From Candidatus Termititenax persephonae (lineage in GTDB: Bacteria > Margulisbacteria > Termititenacia > Termititenacales > Termititenacaceae): a stretch of 64,000 nt of DNA. A model generated the notes under the pieces. The model saw only the letters and a list, made by a program, of their open reading frames with translations. It was not told where the DNA came from and ran no database searches. The translations under genes and the position numbers were made by a program. The DNA lies in contig BGZO01000001.1 of NCBI GenBank assembly GCA_003864475.1, forward strand, positions 26,799 through 90,798, in the 5' to 3' direction. Below, one piece after another: positions 47,497 through 57,352 of the stretch; positions within the stretch are counted from its first letter, which is position 1, and each line of letters starts with the position of its first letter.

Positions 47497-47826
47497 ATAC
47501 GTCCCGACCAGCGCGGAGTATCGGCCCGAACCGTTCCAGTAGAGGGGCAGGGTTATTTTGTTGAAAATGACCTGCGGCGAGCTGATTTGTTCCGCGGTAA
47601 GCAGTTCTACTTTTAGGCTGTTGCCCTGCAGGGGATTGAGCGGTGCGACATTGAGCGTGGCGGCCTGTACCCCCCGCCAGCCAAATTAAAATCAGTAATT
47701 TTTTTAACATAATCTTGGCAGGGATTGTAACATAATCTTAGTCGGCGCGGCCTCTTAAATTTGCGCTGATAAAATTTTTATGTTATATTCGGCGCACTTT
47801 TATCTTGGACGCGGAGGGAATCCACA

Positions 47827-48399
47827 ATGGCAGAGACTATCGAGATTCGCTGGCACGGGCGTGGCGGGCAGGGAGCGAAGACAGCCGCTTTGCTGGTCGC
47901 GGACGCGGCTATCGCCACGGGCAAGCTGGCGCAGGCTTTTCCAGAATACGGGCCGGAACGTATGGGGGCTCCGGTCAAGGCTTTCAACCGCATCTCCGAC
48001 CAGGAAATTCGGATACACTGCTCCGTAGAGCATCCGTCCATCGTGTTGGTACTGGACGAGACGCTGGTCGATTCGGTAAATATCTTGGAGGGCGTTCCCG
48101 CCAATGGCACAATCATCATCAATACCGAAAAATCTGCCGACGAGTACAGACAGCAATTGGGCTTCCAAGGCAGCCTCTATACGGTCAACGCGTCGGGCAT
48201 TGCCCTGAAAAATATCGGCATGAATAAACCTAATACGCCGATGCTGGGTGCGCTGGTCAAGGCGACGGGCATTTTGGATTATCAAAAAATGCTGGAAGAC
48301 ACGACGCATAAATTGGAGAAAAAATTTAAAAACAAACCAGAGGTTATCGAGGGTAATGTCAAGGCGATACAGGATGCCTATGAGGAGGTAAACAAATAA
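47827..48399 (+). CDS. porG: 2-oxoacid:ferredoxin oxidoreductase gamma subunit (PorG-like)
   Basis: 190 aa. IRWHGRGGQGAKTAALLVADAA is typical of the gamma subunit. Confidence 0.75.
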   Translation: MAETIEIRWHGRGGQGAKTAALLVADAAIATGKLAQAFPEYGPERMGAPVKAFNRISDQEIRIHCSVEHPSIVLVLDETLVDSVNILEGVPANGTIIINTEKSADEYRQQLGFQGSLYTVNASGIALKNIGMNKPNTPMLGALVKATGILDYQKMLEDTTHKLEKKFKNKPEVIEGNVKAIQDAYEEVNK

Positions 48400-48737
48400 T
48401 GACTTTCACGGCGGGAAATTACACGGGCAAGCTGACGGTTACGGAATTGCCGGAGGGCGGTATTTGGACGGAGCCAGGTTCATCCCTGATGCGCAAGACC
48501 GGGGATTGGAAAACTTTGCAGCCTGTCTGGGACGGACAAAAATGTATCAGTTGCCTGACCTGCTGGGCTTATTGCCCGGATTCCTGTTTCAAAACGGAAA
48601 AAGTCCTCAACGAGAAGACCGGCAAGGAAGATGTAAAAAATAGAGGCATCGACCTCGACCATTGCAAGGGCTGTGGTATTTGTGCCGCAGTTTGTCCGCC
48701 AAAAGTGGCGGCGATAACAATGGAAAAGGCGCGTTAA
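48399..48737 (+). CDS. porD: 2-oxoacid:ferredoxin oxidoreductase delta subunit (2x[4Fe-4S] ferredoxin)
   Basis: Two Cys clusters: CISCLTCWAYCP and CKGCGICAAVCP. Confidence 0.75.
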   Translation: MTFTAGNYTGKLTVTELPEGGIWTEPGSSLMRKTGDWKTLQPVWDGQKCISCLTCWAYCPDSCFKTEKVLNEKTGKEDVKNRGIDLDHCKGCGICAAVCPPKVAAITMEKAR

Positions 48738-48766
48738 TTCACGAAAAAGAAAAAAAGGAGTAATGA

Positions 48767-49969
48767 ATGACTGCAACAACAATAATTAAACAATTGACCG
48801 TCGCCAAGACAGGCAATGAGGCCATGGCGGACGCGATGCGCCAAGTCAATCCAGATGTGGTGGCGGCTTATCCGATAACCCCGGCCACGGAGATTGCCCA
48901 GATTTTTTCTAGCTTTGTGGCGGACGGTATGGTAACGACGGACATGGTAACCGTCGAGTCCGAACATTCCGCGATGTCGGCGACCATCGGCGCCGCGGCG
49001 GCAGGGGCTAGGGCGATGACCGCCACGGCCTCGCAGGGTCTGATGCTCATGGCGGAAATGTTGCCGATAGCCGCCGCGCTCCGCCTGCCGATAGTCATGC
49101 CCGAGGTCAACCGTGCGATTTCTGGCCCGATTAACATTCATTGCGACCATTCCGACACGATGTTTTGCCGCGACGCTGGCTGGCTACAGATTTTCTCGGA
49201 AAACGCGCAGGAAGCCTATGACAATGTGCTGCAAGCCGTCAAGATAGCCGAGGACCCTCGGGTGCATTTGCCGGCCTTGGTAACGACAGATGGTTTCATC
49301 ATTTCCCACGGCATGGAGACGATAAAAATCCTGCCCGACGATGAGGCGAAGAGTTTTGTGGGCGAATATAAGCCAAATTATTCATTACTAAATCACGAAA
49401 AACCGATAACTGTCGGTTCGATTGACTTACAGAATTACTATTTCGAGCATCGTATCCCGATGATTGAGGCGATGAAAACGGCAAAGGATATTATCAAGCA
49501 AGTGGGCAGGGAATACGGTGAAAAATACGGTCGCTTTTACGATTTGATTGAGCAATACAAAATCGATGACGCGGAGGTGGCGTTGATTTGTCTGGGTTCA
49601 ACGGCTGGGACGGCGAAGGACGTGGTTGACGCTCTACGCACCAAGGGTCAAAAAGTCGGACTGATTAAGATTCGTGTTTTTCGCCCTTTCCCGGTCGAAG
49701 ATTTGGCGGCGGCATTGCGTAATCTGCGCGCCGCGGCTGTGTTTGACCGTTCCGACTCTTTGAGCGGTTATGGCGGCCCAGTTTTTACGGAGGTTTGCTC
49801 GGCTCTGTTTAATTCTGAAAATAAGCCAAAAATCGTCAATTATATTTACGGTTTGGGCGGGCGTGATATTGATATTCACACTATCGAAGCCGTGTATGAC
49901 CGTCTGAATAAGCTGAAAGACGCGCAGGATACCGGCGAGATAGTCAGCTACCTAGGTGTAAGAAAATAG
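48767..49969 (+). CDS. porA: 2-oxoacid:ferredoxin oxidoreductase alpha subunit
   Basis: 400 aa, with the conserved N-terminal block GNEAMADAMRQVNPDVVAAYPITP. Confidence 0.75.
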   Translation: MTATTIIKQLTVAKTGNEAMADAMRQVNPDVVAAYPITPATEIAQIFSSFVADGMVTTDMVTVESEHSAMSATIGAAAAGARAMTATASQGLMLMAEMLPIAAALRLPIVMPEVNRAISGPINIHCDHSDTMFCRDAGWLQIFSENAQEAYDNVLQAVKIAEDPRVHLPALVTTDGFIISHGMETIKILPDDEAKSFVGEYKPNYSLLNHEKPITVGSIDLQNYYFEHRIPMIEAMKTAKDIIKQVGREYGEKYGRFYDLIEQYKIDDAEVALICLGSTAGTAKDVVDALRTKGQKVGLIKIRVFRPFPVEDLAAALRNLRAAAVFDRSDSLSGYGGPVFTEVCSALFNSENKPKIVNYIYGLGGRDIDIHTIEAVYDRLNKLKDAQDTGEIVSYLGVRK

Positions 49970-49978
49970 GAGGACAAA

Positions 49979-50920
49979 ATGGCAACTTTGAAAGAACTGG
50001 CCGCGCAAGAGGAAAAATTTGTCGGCGGACATACGTCCTGCGCGGGCTGTGGTTATCCCAATATTTTCCGTCTGTCTCTGGCGGCCATTAAGGACCCGGT
50101 GGTGGTGGTCGGCGCGACGGGGTGTTGCGAGGTCAATACCTCGATTTTTCCGTATACTTCGTGGAAAGTACCTTTTCTGCACAGCGCTTTTGAGAACAGC
50201 GCGGCGACCTGTTCCGGCGTGGAGGCGGCTTATCAATCGCTGGTCAAATCCGGCAAGGCCAAGGACGAGAATTTCCGCTTTGTGGCTTTCGGCGGCGACG
50301 GCGGTACGTATGACATCGGCCTGCAGTCCCTCTCCGGGGCTATGGAGCGCGGGCATGACCTGCTCTATATCTGTTATGACAATGGCGCGTACATGAATAC
50401 CGGCATTCAGCGTTCCGGCGCGACACCGCGTTATGCCAATACGACCACGGCTCCCGTCGGCAAGGTTAAGCCGGGCAAGCTACAGAAGAAAAAAGATTTG
50501 GCGAAAATCATGGTCGGGCATAATGTCCCTTATGTCGCCCAGACCATCGCGGGCAATTGGAAAGATTTGACGAATAAGGTGGAGAAAGCCATGAGCATCC
50601 GCGGCCCGAAATTTATCGTGGTGCTGGCGACCTGTCCGCTGGGCTGGGCAACCAAAACTCAGGACACGGTTAAGCTGACGCAAATGGCGGTGGACAGTTG
50701 TTTTTGGCCGCTGTACGAGGTGGAAAACGGCAAATACAAATTGAGTTATGACCCCAAGGACAAAAAAATCCCCTTGGCCGAATGGCTGAAACTACAGGGA
50801 CGCTTCAAGCACCTTTTCAAACCGGGCAATGAAAATCTCTTGGCAGAAATCCAAGCCGAGGTTGACCAAGATTGGGCAGATTTGAAAGCGTTATGTGACT
50901 TTCACTCCCAAAAGGTGTAA
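49979..50920 (+). CDS. porB: 2-oxoacid:ferredoxin oxidoreductase beta subunit (TPP-binding)
   Basis: Cys motif CAGCGYP...GCCE and the GGDGGTYDIG TPP-binding motif. Confidence 0.75.
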   Translation: MATLKELAAQEEKFVGGHTSCAGCGYPNIFRLSLAAIKDPVVVVGATGCCEVNTSIFPYTSWKVPFLHSAFENSAATCSGVEAAYQSLVKSGKAKDENFRFVAFGGDGGTYDIGLQSLSGAMERGHDLLYICYDNGAYMNTGIQRSGATPRYANTTTAPVGKVKPGKLQKKKDLAKIMVGHNVPYVAQTIAGNWKDLTNKVEKAMSIRGPKFIVVLATCPLGWATKTQDTVKLTQMAVDSCFWPLYEVENGKYKLSYDPKDKKIPLAEWLKLQGRFKHLFKPGNENLLAEIQAEVDQDWADLKALCDFHSQKV

Positions 50921-50947
50921 AATACTTTAGCGAGGAGAGGGCGTTTC

Positions 50948-51238
50948 ATGAACCAAAAAGAGCTGGCCGGGCAAGTTGCTAAACAGCTTAATCTCAATAA
51001 GGTCGAGGTCGAGGAAATCTTAGACTGTTTTTTGCGTAACATTATTACCGCTTTGGCGGCTGGAGAAAAAATCCGCTTGGTGGGCTTCGGTATTTTTGAG
51101 GCGCATACCAGAGCCGGGCGCGAGGGGCGCAATCCACAGACGGGCGAGAAAATTTTTATCCCTGAGACTAGGACCCCGGCTTTTATCTCAGGGCGGGTTT
51201 TAAAAGACGCGGTTAGACATAAGAACGCAGACACCTAA
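50948..51238 (+). CDS. hup: DNA-binding protein HU
   Basis: MNQKELAGQVA...VGFGIFEAHTRAGREGRNPQTGEKIFIPETRTPAFISGRVLK is a canonical HU fold sequence. Confidence 0.9.
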   Translation: MNQKELAGQVAKQLNLNKVEVEEILDCFLRNIITALAAGEKIRLVGFGIFEAHTRAGREGRNPQTGEKIFIPETRTPAFISGRVLKDAVRHKNADT

Positions 51239-51245
51239 TCCCCTA

Positions 51246-51845
51246 ATGTTCATCACTTTTGAAGGTCCTGACGGTTCTGGGAAAACCACCCAGTCTAAGC
51301 TGCTCTACGAAGAGTTGCGGCGGCGGGGCAAGGGCGTGGTCTGGACACGCGAGCCGGGCGGAACGGATTTGGGGCGCAGCATCCGCCAGTTACTGCTTGA
51401 TGACCAGAATGCCAGTCTCGCGCCGGAGACGGAGTTATTTTTATTTGCGGCTGACCGCGCCCAGCACGTCGCGAAAGTATTACGCCCGGGGCTGGCGGCA
51501 GGCCAAATCGTGCTTTGCGACCGTTATGTGGATTCCACGACGGCCTATCAGGCGGGTGGCCGGGGATTTTCGGCGGAACTTATCGCCAGCCTTAACGCTT
51601 ATTCCACGGGCGGTCTTTTGCCGGACATAACTTTTTTGCTGGACGTGCCGTCCGAGATTGGTTTGCAGAGGGCGACGCGCCAAAAGGCCGACAAGTTTGA
51701 GCAGGAGTCGCTGGCCTTTCATCAGAAAGTCCGTGCCAAGTATTTGGAGCTGGCCGCCGCCCAAACGCGTATCCATGTCCTCGATGGCCTACAGACCAAG
51801 GAGGCGATTTTTCAGCAAATCATGGCGCGGCTGGATATGTTATAA
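51246..51845 (+). CDS. tmk: thymidylate kinase
   Basis: FITFEGPDGSGKTTQ P-loop, DRY motif (CDRYVDS), LID region. Confidence 0.9.
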   Translation: MFITFEGPDGSGKTTQSKLLYEELRRRGKGVVWTREPGGTDLGRSIRQLLLDDQNASLAPETELFLFAADRAQHVAKVLRPGLAAGQIVLCDRYVDSTTAYQAGGRGFSAELIASLNAYSTGGLLPDITFLLDVPSEIGLQRATRQKADKFEQESLAFHQKVRAKYLELAAAQTRIHVLDGLQTKEAIFQQIMARLDML

Positions 51846-51870
51846 TTGCCGCGCAGACAAGGGGATTTTT

Positions 51871-53019
51871 ATGAGAGATACGTTTTTGGTTTTTGGCAGT
51901 CCGCGCCTGGAGGACGATGATATTCAGGCGGTTACGGAAGTTCTAAAATCCGGCTGGCTCGGCACGGGACCGCAAGTTAAGCAATTCGAGACGGATTTCC
52001 AAAATTATATTGGTAGCCGACATGCGATGGCTCTTAATTCCTGCACGGCGGGTCTGCACCTCTCCATGGTCGTGCTGGGACTAGAGGCTGGCGATGAGGT
52101 CATCACCACGCCGCTGACTTTTTGCGCGACGGCCAATTCGATTATTCACGCGGGCGGACGGCCAGTCTTTGTGGACATTGACCGGGAGACGCTCAATATC
52201 GACGCGGACAAAATCGAAGCCGCCATCACGCCGCGCACCAAGGCGATTTTGCCAGTGCATTTTGCGGGTCGGCCTTGCGCTATGGACAAAATCATGGCCA
52301 TCGCCGCCCGGCACAAGCTGACGGTCATTGAGGACTGCGCCCACGCGATTGAGGCCGAATATCACGGGCGGCATGTCGGGACCTTCGGTACGCTGGGCTG
52401 TTTTTCTTTTTACGTAACCAAGAATGTAGTAACGGGCGAGGGCGGCATGGTTACGACCGATAACGAAGCCTATGCCGACAAAATCAAAATGTACGGCCTG
52501 CACGGCATGTCCCGCGACGCTTGGAAACGTTTTTCGGATGAAGGTTTCAAGCATTATCAAGTCATGTTTCCCGGTTTTAAATATAATATGATGGACATTC
52601 AAGCCGCGCTGGGCATTCAGCAGCTGCAAAAAGTGGAGAAATTTTATCGGCGGCGGCAGGAGATTTGGGACGCATATAATCAACGTTTGTCCGGCTTGCC
52701 GTTGTTTTTGCCCGCGCCGTTTGAGCCGGAGACCAAACACGCCCTGCATCTTTACACCGTTCTGCTCGACACGGACAGGGTAAAAATCACGCGCGACGCT
52801 CTGCTCAATGCCTTGATTAAAGAAAATATCGGGACAGGCGTGCATTACACGGCCCTGCACCTGCATCCCTATTATCGGGAGAGTTTTGGCTATCAGGAAG
52901 GCGACTTCCCGCAAGCCGAGTACGTGGCGGAACGGGTTTTGAGCCTGCCGCTTTCTGCCAAATTGACGGCGCAGGACGTGGACGATGTGGTCAAGGCTCT
53001 GGAGAAAATCCTTGGCTAA
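51871..53019 (+). CDS. DegT/DnrJ/EryC1/StrS family sugar aminotransferase (PLP)
   Basis: ATG at 51871 (MRDTFLVFGSPRLEDDDIQAV). The ORF track start at 51658 overlaps tmk. Conserved Lys region (SFYVTKNV). Confidence 0.8.
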   Translation: MRDTFLVFGSPRLEDDDIQAVTEVLKSGWLGTGPQVKQFETDFQNYIGSRHAMALNSCTAGLHLSMVVLGLEAGDEVITTPLTFCATANSIIHAGGRPVFVDIDRETLNIDADKIEAAITPRTKAILPVHFAGRPCAMDKIMAIAARHKLTVIEDCAHAIEAEYHGRHVGTFGTLGCFSFYVTKNVVTGEGGMVTTDNEAYADKIKMYGLHGMSRDAWKRFSDEGFKHYQVMFPGFKYNMMDIQAALGIQQLQKVEKFYRRRQEIWDAYNQRLSGLPLFLPAPFEPETKHALHLYTVLLDTDRVKITRDALLNALIKENIGTGVHYTALHLHPYYRESFGYQEGDFPQAEYVAERVLSLPLSAKLTAQDVDDVVKALEKILG

Positions 53020-54997
53020 GCCGCTGGTCTCTATTGTCGTGCCTACTTATAACCGCTTGGCGTGCCTGAAGCAGACGCTCGCCTCGCTGGAAAAACAGAC
53101 TTTCCAAGATTTTGAGGTGGTGGTTTCGGACGATGGCAGCGCCGACCAGACTAGGACACTCCAGCGTCAGAAATTTCCTTTCCAATTTAAGCTGGTTTCC
53201 CAGCTCAATTCTGGGCGGGCGGCCGCCCGCAATCACGGCATCGCCGAGAGTTCCGGGGAGATAGTCATTTTTATCGATGACCATATCATCCTCGACAAAG
53301 ATTTTGTGCGCGAGCATTACTTTGCCCATAAAAAATATGAGAAAAAAGGCGTGGCGGTGATTCGCGGACGCGCCGAATATGTGCAGACTCCTGATAAAGC
53401 TCCGGAAAAACCGCCTCGTTTCACGAAAAAAATCAGTAAATTCAATGAAAACTCTCCCTTTGTTAATTTTATTACCAATAACATTTCTATCACGCGCTAC
53501 GCGCTGGAATTGACCGGGGGTTTCGACCCGGAGTTTAAGGAATACGGCTTTCAAGACCAGGAATTGGGGTATCGGATACGCCAGCGCGGTTTTAAGTTTA
53601 AGGTCAATCCCAAGGCGGTCGGCTATATTTTCAATGTTGACGGGCAGTCCACACCCGAGCTTTTGGAACGAAAATTGGACAAATTTCGTCAGGCCGGGCG
53701 GTCGGCGGTGCTTTTCTCCCGCAAGCATTATTGGGGCGGGCTAGGCGCCGGGGTCAATTTATTTAATGTTTTTCTGAACGCGGTTTTTTCACTGCAGGAC
53801 GATTGGTTTTTGCGGTTTTGCCGCCGCCGCCAGAGCAAAACCAAGAATGAAAAAAGCTGGCAGTCTTGGCGCGCCAAAATCCGCTGGCTCTTTTTCCTCA
53901 AAGGTCTGCGCGAAGGTTTTGATAAATATCCGGCGGACAAATATGCGCCGCGCAGTGGAGCCAACGTGGTGATGCTGGTTTCGCATCAAGCTGACCTCTC
54001 TGGCGCGCCGATTTCGCTGACGATTCTGGCCAACCGTTTGCGGTCGCGCGGTTATTATCCGATTTTTGTCCTGCCACATTCCGGCCCGATAGAGAAACGC
54101 CTCGATAAAAAGAGCGTCAAGATTCTCAATCTGCATGGCTGGTTCAAGGCCGTGAAATTATACGTCTATATGGCTAGATTTCGCCCGGCTATCGTCCACG
54201 CCAATACTTTTTTGACCGAGTACGCGCTGGATATTGCCCGGCGGTTTGGCATTAAAACCATCATGCATGTCCGCGAGGATTTGACCATGTACCCGCAGAT
54301 TGCCGTGCGTTTACTGCGCAAGGCCAATCGCTTGGTTTTGATTTCCAACAGCATGGTGCGTTACTTTGATTCGGAGCCGACCAGGCTGGACGTGGTATAC
54401 AATGCCGTCGAGGAATTGCCGAATTCTGCCCCGGTAGAGGAAACCCCCTACAAATTGCTTTACGTGGGGGCGATAGAGAAACGCAAGGGTCTCTGGGATT
54501 TGGTACGCGCTCTGGACAGCATTTATCAGCAAAATAAGCGGGTAACGCTGACGGTGGTGGGGCAGGTTATTCTAACGGAAAAAAGCTATCTTTGGCGCAT
54601 CAAGCGTTTTTTACAGAAACGCGGCTTGAGTCAGAGGGTAAAATTTGTCGGTTCCACGCCGGATGTCGGACGGTATCTGGATGAGGCCTCGCTGGTCGTC
54701 GTGCCGTCGCATCAAGAGCCGTTCGGGCGGGTGGTCATTGAGGCGATGGCGCGGCGCAAAATAGTTGTGGCGACTATGGTGGGCGGTATTCCAGAAATTA
54801 TCGAGCAGTACCGTGATGGTTTCTTGGTCGAGCCGGGCAACCCGGAACAACTAGCCAAAATGATTATGTATGTCTGGAATAAGTCCCCTGAACACAAAGA
54901 GCAGATTAAGGACAAGGCCTATCGAACGGTGGCGGAACGTTTTTTGCCGGACGGCTATGTTGACAATATCGTGGCGTGCTACAAAAAGCTATTGTGA
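52985..54997 (+). CDS. two-domain glycosyltransferase (N-terminal GT2 fused to C-terminal GT4/GT1-type)
   Basis: N-terminus VSIVVPTYNR...FEVVVSDDGS (GT2 DxD region). C-terminus EPFGRVVIEAMARRKIVVATMVGGIPEII (GT4 EX7E-type). The start is uncertain, and the listed ORF overlaps the aminotransferase by 35 nt. Confidence 0.7.
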   Translation: MWSRLWRKSLAKPLVSIVVPTYNRLACLKQTLASLEKQTFQDFEVVVSDDGSADQTRTLQRQKFPFQFKLVSQLNSGRAAARNHGIAESSGEIVIFIDDHIILDKDFVREHYFAHKKYEKKGVAVIRGRAEYVQTPDKAPEKPPRFTKKISKFNENSPFVNFITNNISITRYALELTGGFDPEFKEYGFQDQELGYRIRQRGFKFKVNPKAVGYIFNVDGQSTPELLERKLDKFRQAGRSAVLFSRKHYWGGLGAGVNLFNVFLNAVFSLQDDWFLRFCRRRQSKTKNEKSWQSWRAKIRWLFFLKGLREGFDKYPADKYAPRSGANVVMLVSHQADLSGAPISLTILANRLRSRGYYPIFVLPHSGPIEKRLDKKSVKILNLHGWFKAVKLYVYMARFRPAIVHANTFLTEYALDIARRFGIKTIMHVREDLTMYPQIAVRLLRKANRLVLISNSMVRYFDSEPTRLDVVYNAVEELPNSAPVEETPYKLLYVGAIEKRKGLWDLVRALDSIYQQNKRVTLTVVGQVILTEKSYLWRIKRFLQKRGLSQRVKFVGSTPDVGRYLDEASLVVVPSHQEPFGRVVIEAMARRKIVVATMVGGIPEIIEQYRDGFLVEPGNPEQLAKMIMYVWNKSPEHKEQIKDKAYRTVAERFLPDGYVDNIVACYKKLL

Positions 54998-56283
54998 TTA
55001 TGCCTAAAAAATTCCGCCCGGAAACGATAAAAAAAGCCCTCTTTACTACCTCGGCCTTAAATTTTATTTCCCGTTGCGGCGGGTATTTAAAAAATATCTC
55101 TATCGCGGCATTGCTCGGCTTCACTTATGAGACTGACGCTTATTTTTTTGCCCTAGGGATTATCGCGATTTTTAGTATTTTTTCCGGGACGATAAGCTCG
55201 GTCGGCGTGCCGTGGCTGACCCAAGCGCGGCAAAAAAACGCGCGTTCTTTTGCCAAAGCCGCCGCCCAGCTTTTGGGTTTTAATGTTTGGCTGGGGGGGA
55301 TTATCACGCTGGTTACTTTGCTGGTATTGCCAATTGTCGTCAACTTATTTTTACTTGAAAATAGGCTGATTTTTGCGCTTATTCTCTTGGTTTTATTCCC
55401 GACGGTGGCTTTAAATTTTCTCTACAATTATTTTGGCACAGTCCTGCAGGCGCAGCGTCTTTTTACTATTCAGACCGCCGCCTTTAGCATCAACTCTCTG
55501 GCACAATTTCTGCTAATTACCACAGGTTTGTTCGTGTTTCGCAGTATTTGGGTTTTGCCGTTTTCGACTTTGCTGGCGCTGGTTTTGGCGATAGCTTGGC
55601 AGATTTTATTTGTCTATAAGCATTTGAGGCCGGATTTTCGGCTGGACAAGCGGGTCAAGGAACTCATCCGGCAGTTTTTAGTTTTTGCCGTGTTGGGCGC
55701 GACCAGCACGTTGTATTCAGTTATTGACAAGGCCTTTGCTTCCTATCTCCCCACCAAGTCTATCAGCGCCTTGGTTTATGGCGCCTTGATTGCTCAATTA
55801 CCCTTGGGAATCATAAGCCTCAATAGCATGTTTTTTACGTCTATTTCAGAAAAAATCTCATGGGTAACGATACGTAAATTTACGTTAATAGCCTTGGTCA
55901 TCAGCCTGCCTTATGCGCTGGTCTTGGCGGTTATCCCGGAGTTTTTGGTAGACTTGATTCTGGGCTACGGGCGTTTTGGCGGTCTGGATGTCCAATACAC
56001 GGCGCAGGCGGTGCGCTATTACGCCTTGGCTTTGCCGGCTTTTTATCTCTCAGATATTTTTAACAACACGCTGGTCGTCCAGAAAGCTTTTGGCGGGCTT
56101 TTTTTCGTATCCAGTATGAATGTAATCTTGAATGTCGCGGCTAATTATGTTTTCTTATTTAAATTTGGCCTAGGCTTGGCGGGCTTGGTTCTGGCGACGG
56201 CAATCGTTTCTTACTTCAGTTTGTTTTTGCAGGCCGGGCTGGTGGTCTATTTCTCAAAAACCCCGCGGACTGTCCGTCAATAA
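54976..56283 (+). CDS. polysaccharide biosynthesis/export membrane protein (MOP/Wzx-like flippase superfamily)
   Basis: 435 aa with about 12-14 predicted TM helices, in a glycan gene cluster. Confidence 0.55.
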   Translation: MLQKAIVIMPKKFRPETIKKALFTTSALNFISRCGGYLKNISIAALLGFTYETDAYFFALGIIAIFSIFSGTISSVGVPWLTQARQKNARSFAKAAAQLLGFNVWLGGIITLVTLLVLPIVVNLFLLENRLIFALILLVLFPTVALNFLYNYFGTVLQAQRLFTIQTAAFSINSLAQFLLITTGLFVFRSIWVLPFSTLLALVLAIAWQILFVYKHLRPDFRLDKRVKELIRQFLVFAVLGATSTLYSVIDKAFASYLPTKSISALVYGALIAQLPLGIISLNSMFFTSISEKISWVTIRKFTLIALVISLPYALVLAVIPEFLVDLILGYGRFGGLDVQYTAQAVRYYALALPAFYLSDIFNNTLVVQKAFGGLFFVSSMNVILNVAANYVFLFKFGLGLAGLVLATAIVSYFSLFLQAGLVVYFSKTPRTVRQ

Positions 56284-57201
56284 TGCCTGTCCCTCTAGCG
56301 GGCGGGATTTTATCGGCAAGACCTTGCCGTCTTGAGTAAAAACGTAATGATAATCATGACTGCCGCTTGCGCCGCGTAACATCTGAAGCTGGGGCAGGCC
56401 AGCGGACTGGTTAAGCTCAAACTTTATCGGTGAGGGCAGGCTGGCAATGAATACCGGGGCTTCTTTCCTGACCCAAGCCAAGACCTCGCGGGCGAGATTG
56501 GCATAAGCGTCGGGGGTACTGTCATAAATGGCGGCGGGCATCCCGCTTAACGCCGCATCCTTGTACAGTTCAGTAAAAGGGATTTTAGTTCTCAATAGAT
56601 TGTCCTTGAAAAAAGGGCGCAAAGAATTGACAAAATTGCCGCAAAACTTGGTTGGACGATACATCGTCAGCACGTAACGAATCTCTACGGCGTGTCCGGC
56701 CTTGGTTTTGAGCAGGGCAAGCGTCTCGTCGAGTTTTTGCAGGCCGTGCAAGGCGTAATTGCTTGGCTCCAGCGGGGTCAGCACTTTATTGGCGGCCAAC
56801 AGGGAATTAATCGTCAGCAAACCTAGACTGGGCGGTGTGTCAATCAAGACGTAATCATAGCCCCGCGCCTTTTGCAAAACATCTTGGAGACGGTACTCGC
56901 GGCGATTTTTACCCGCCAGCAATTGCTCGATAAAAGCGGTCTTTGTCGCTCCCGGGATGAGGTCGAGGCGGGGCAGGATTTTCAACGCCACATCGGCCAG
57001 CGGTTTTTTCTGCAAGAAATCAAAGCAACTCAATTTAACGCCGTCGGGATTGATATTTAACCCTAAAGAACTGTGGCCTTGCGGGTCGAGGTCGATTAGG
57101 AGAACTTTTTGCCGGAGCTTGGTCAATTGATAGGCGAGATTAATGGCTGTGGTAGTTTTGCCGCAACCGCCTTTATGGTTGGCAATAGCGATTACTTCCA
57201 T
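56254..57201 (-). CDS. ParA/MinD-like ATPase with C-terminal extension (no adjacent parB)
   Basis: Deviant Walker A KGGCGKTTTAINLAY. The start is placed at MEVIAIANHKGG (57201); the ORF track start at 57285 adds 28 aa. Confidence 0.7.
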   Translation of the reverse strand: MEVIAIANHKGGCGKTTTAINLAYQLTKLRQKVLLIDLDPQGHSSLGLNINPDGVKLSCFDFLQKKPLADVALKILPRLDLIPGATKTAFIEQLLAGKNRREYRLQDVLQKARGYDYVLIDTPPSLGLLTINSLLAANKVLTPLEPSNYALHGLQKLDETLALLKTKAGHAVEIRYVLTMYRPTKFCGNFVNSLRPFFKDNLLRTKIPFTELYKDAALSGMPAAIYDSTPDAYANLAREVLAWVRKEAPVFIASLPSPIKFELNQSAGLPQLQMLRGASGSHDYHYVFTQDGKVLPIKSRPLEGQALLTDSPRGF

Positions 57202-57352
57202 GCCATTTAACCCCCCGCATGAATTAACACCGTACAAAAATGGGACAGCTACCTTGCCCTTACGATATCTTAAGTAGTATAACAATTATTTGCTTAAAAA
57301 GCTAGACCTTAGTTTTTAGGGTCTGGGCGGATTTGAATTTTAAGAAAAGAGT

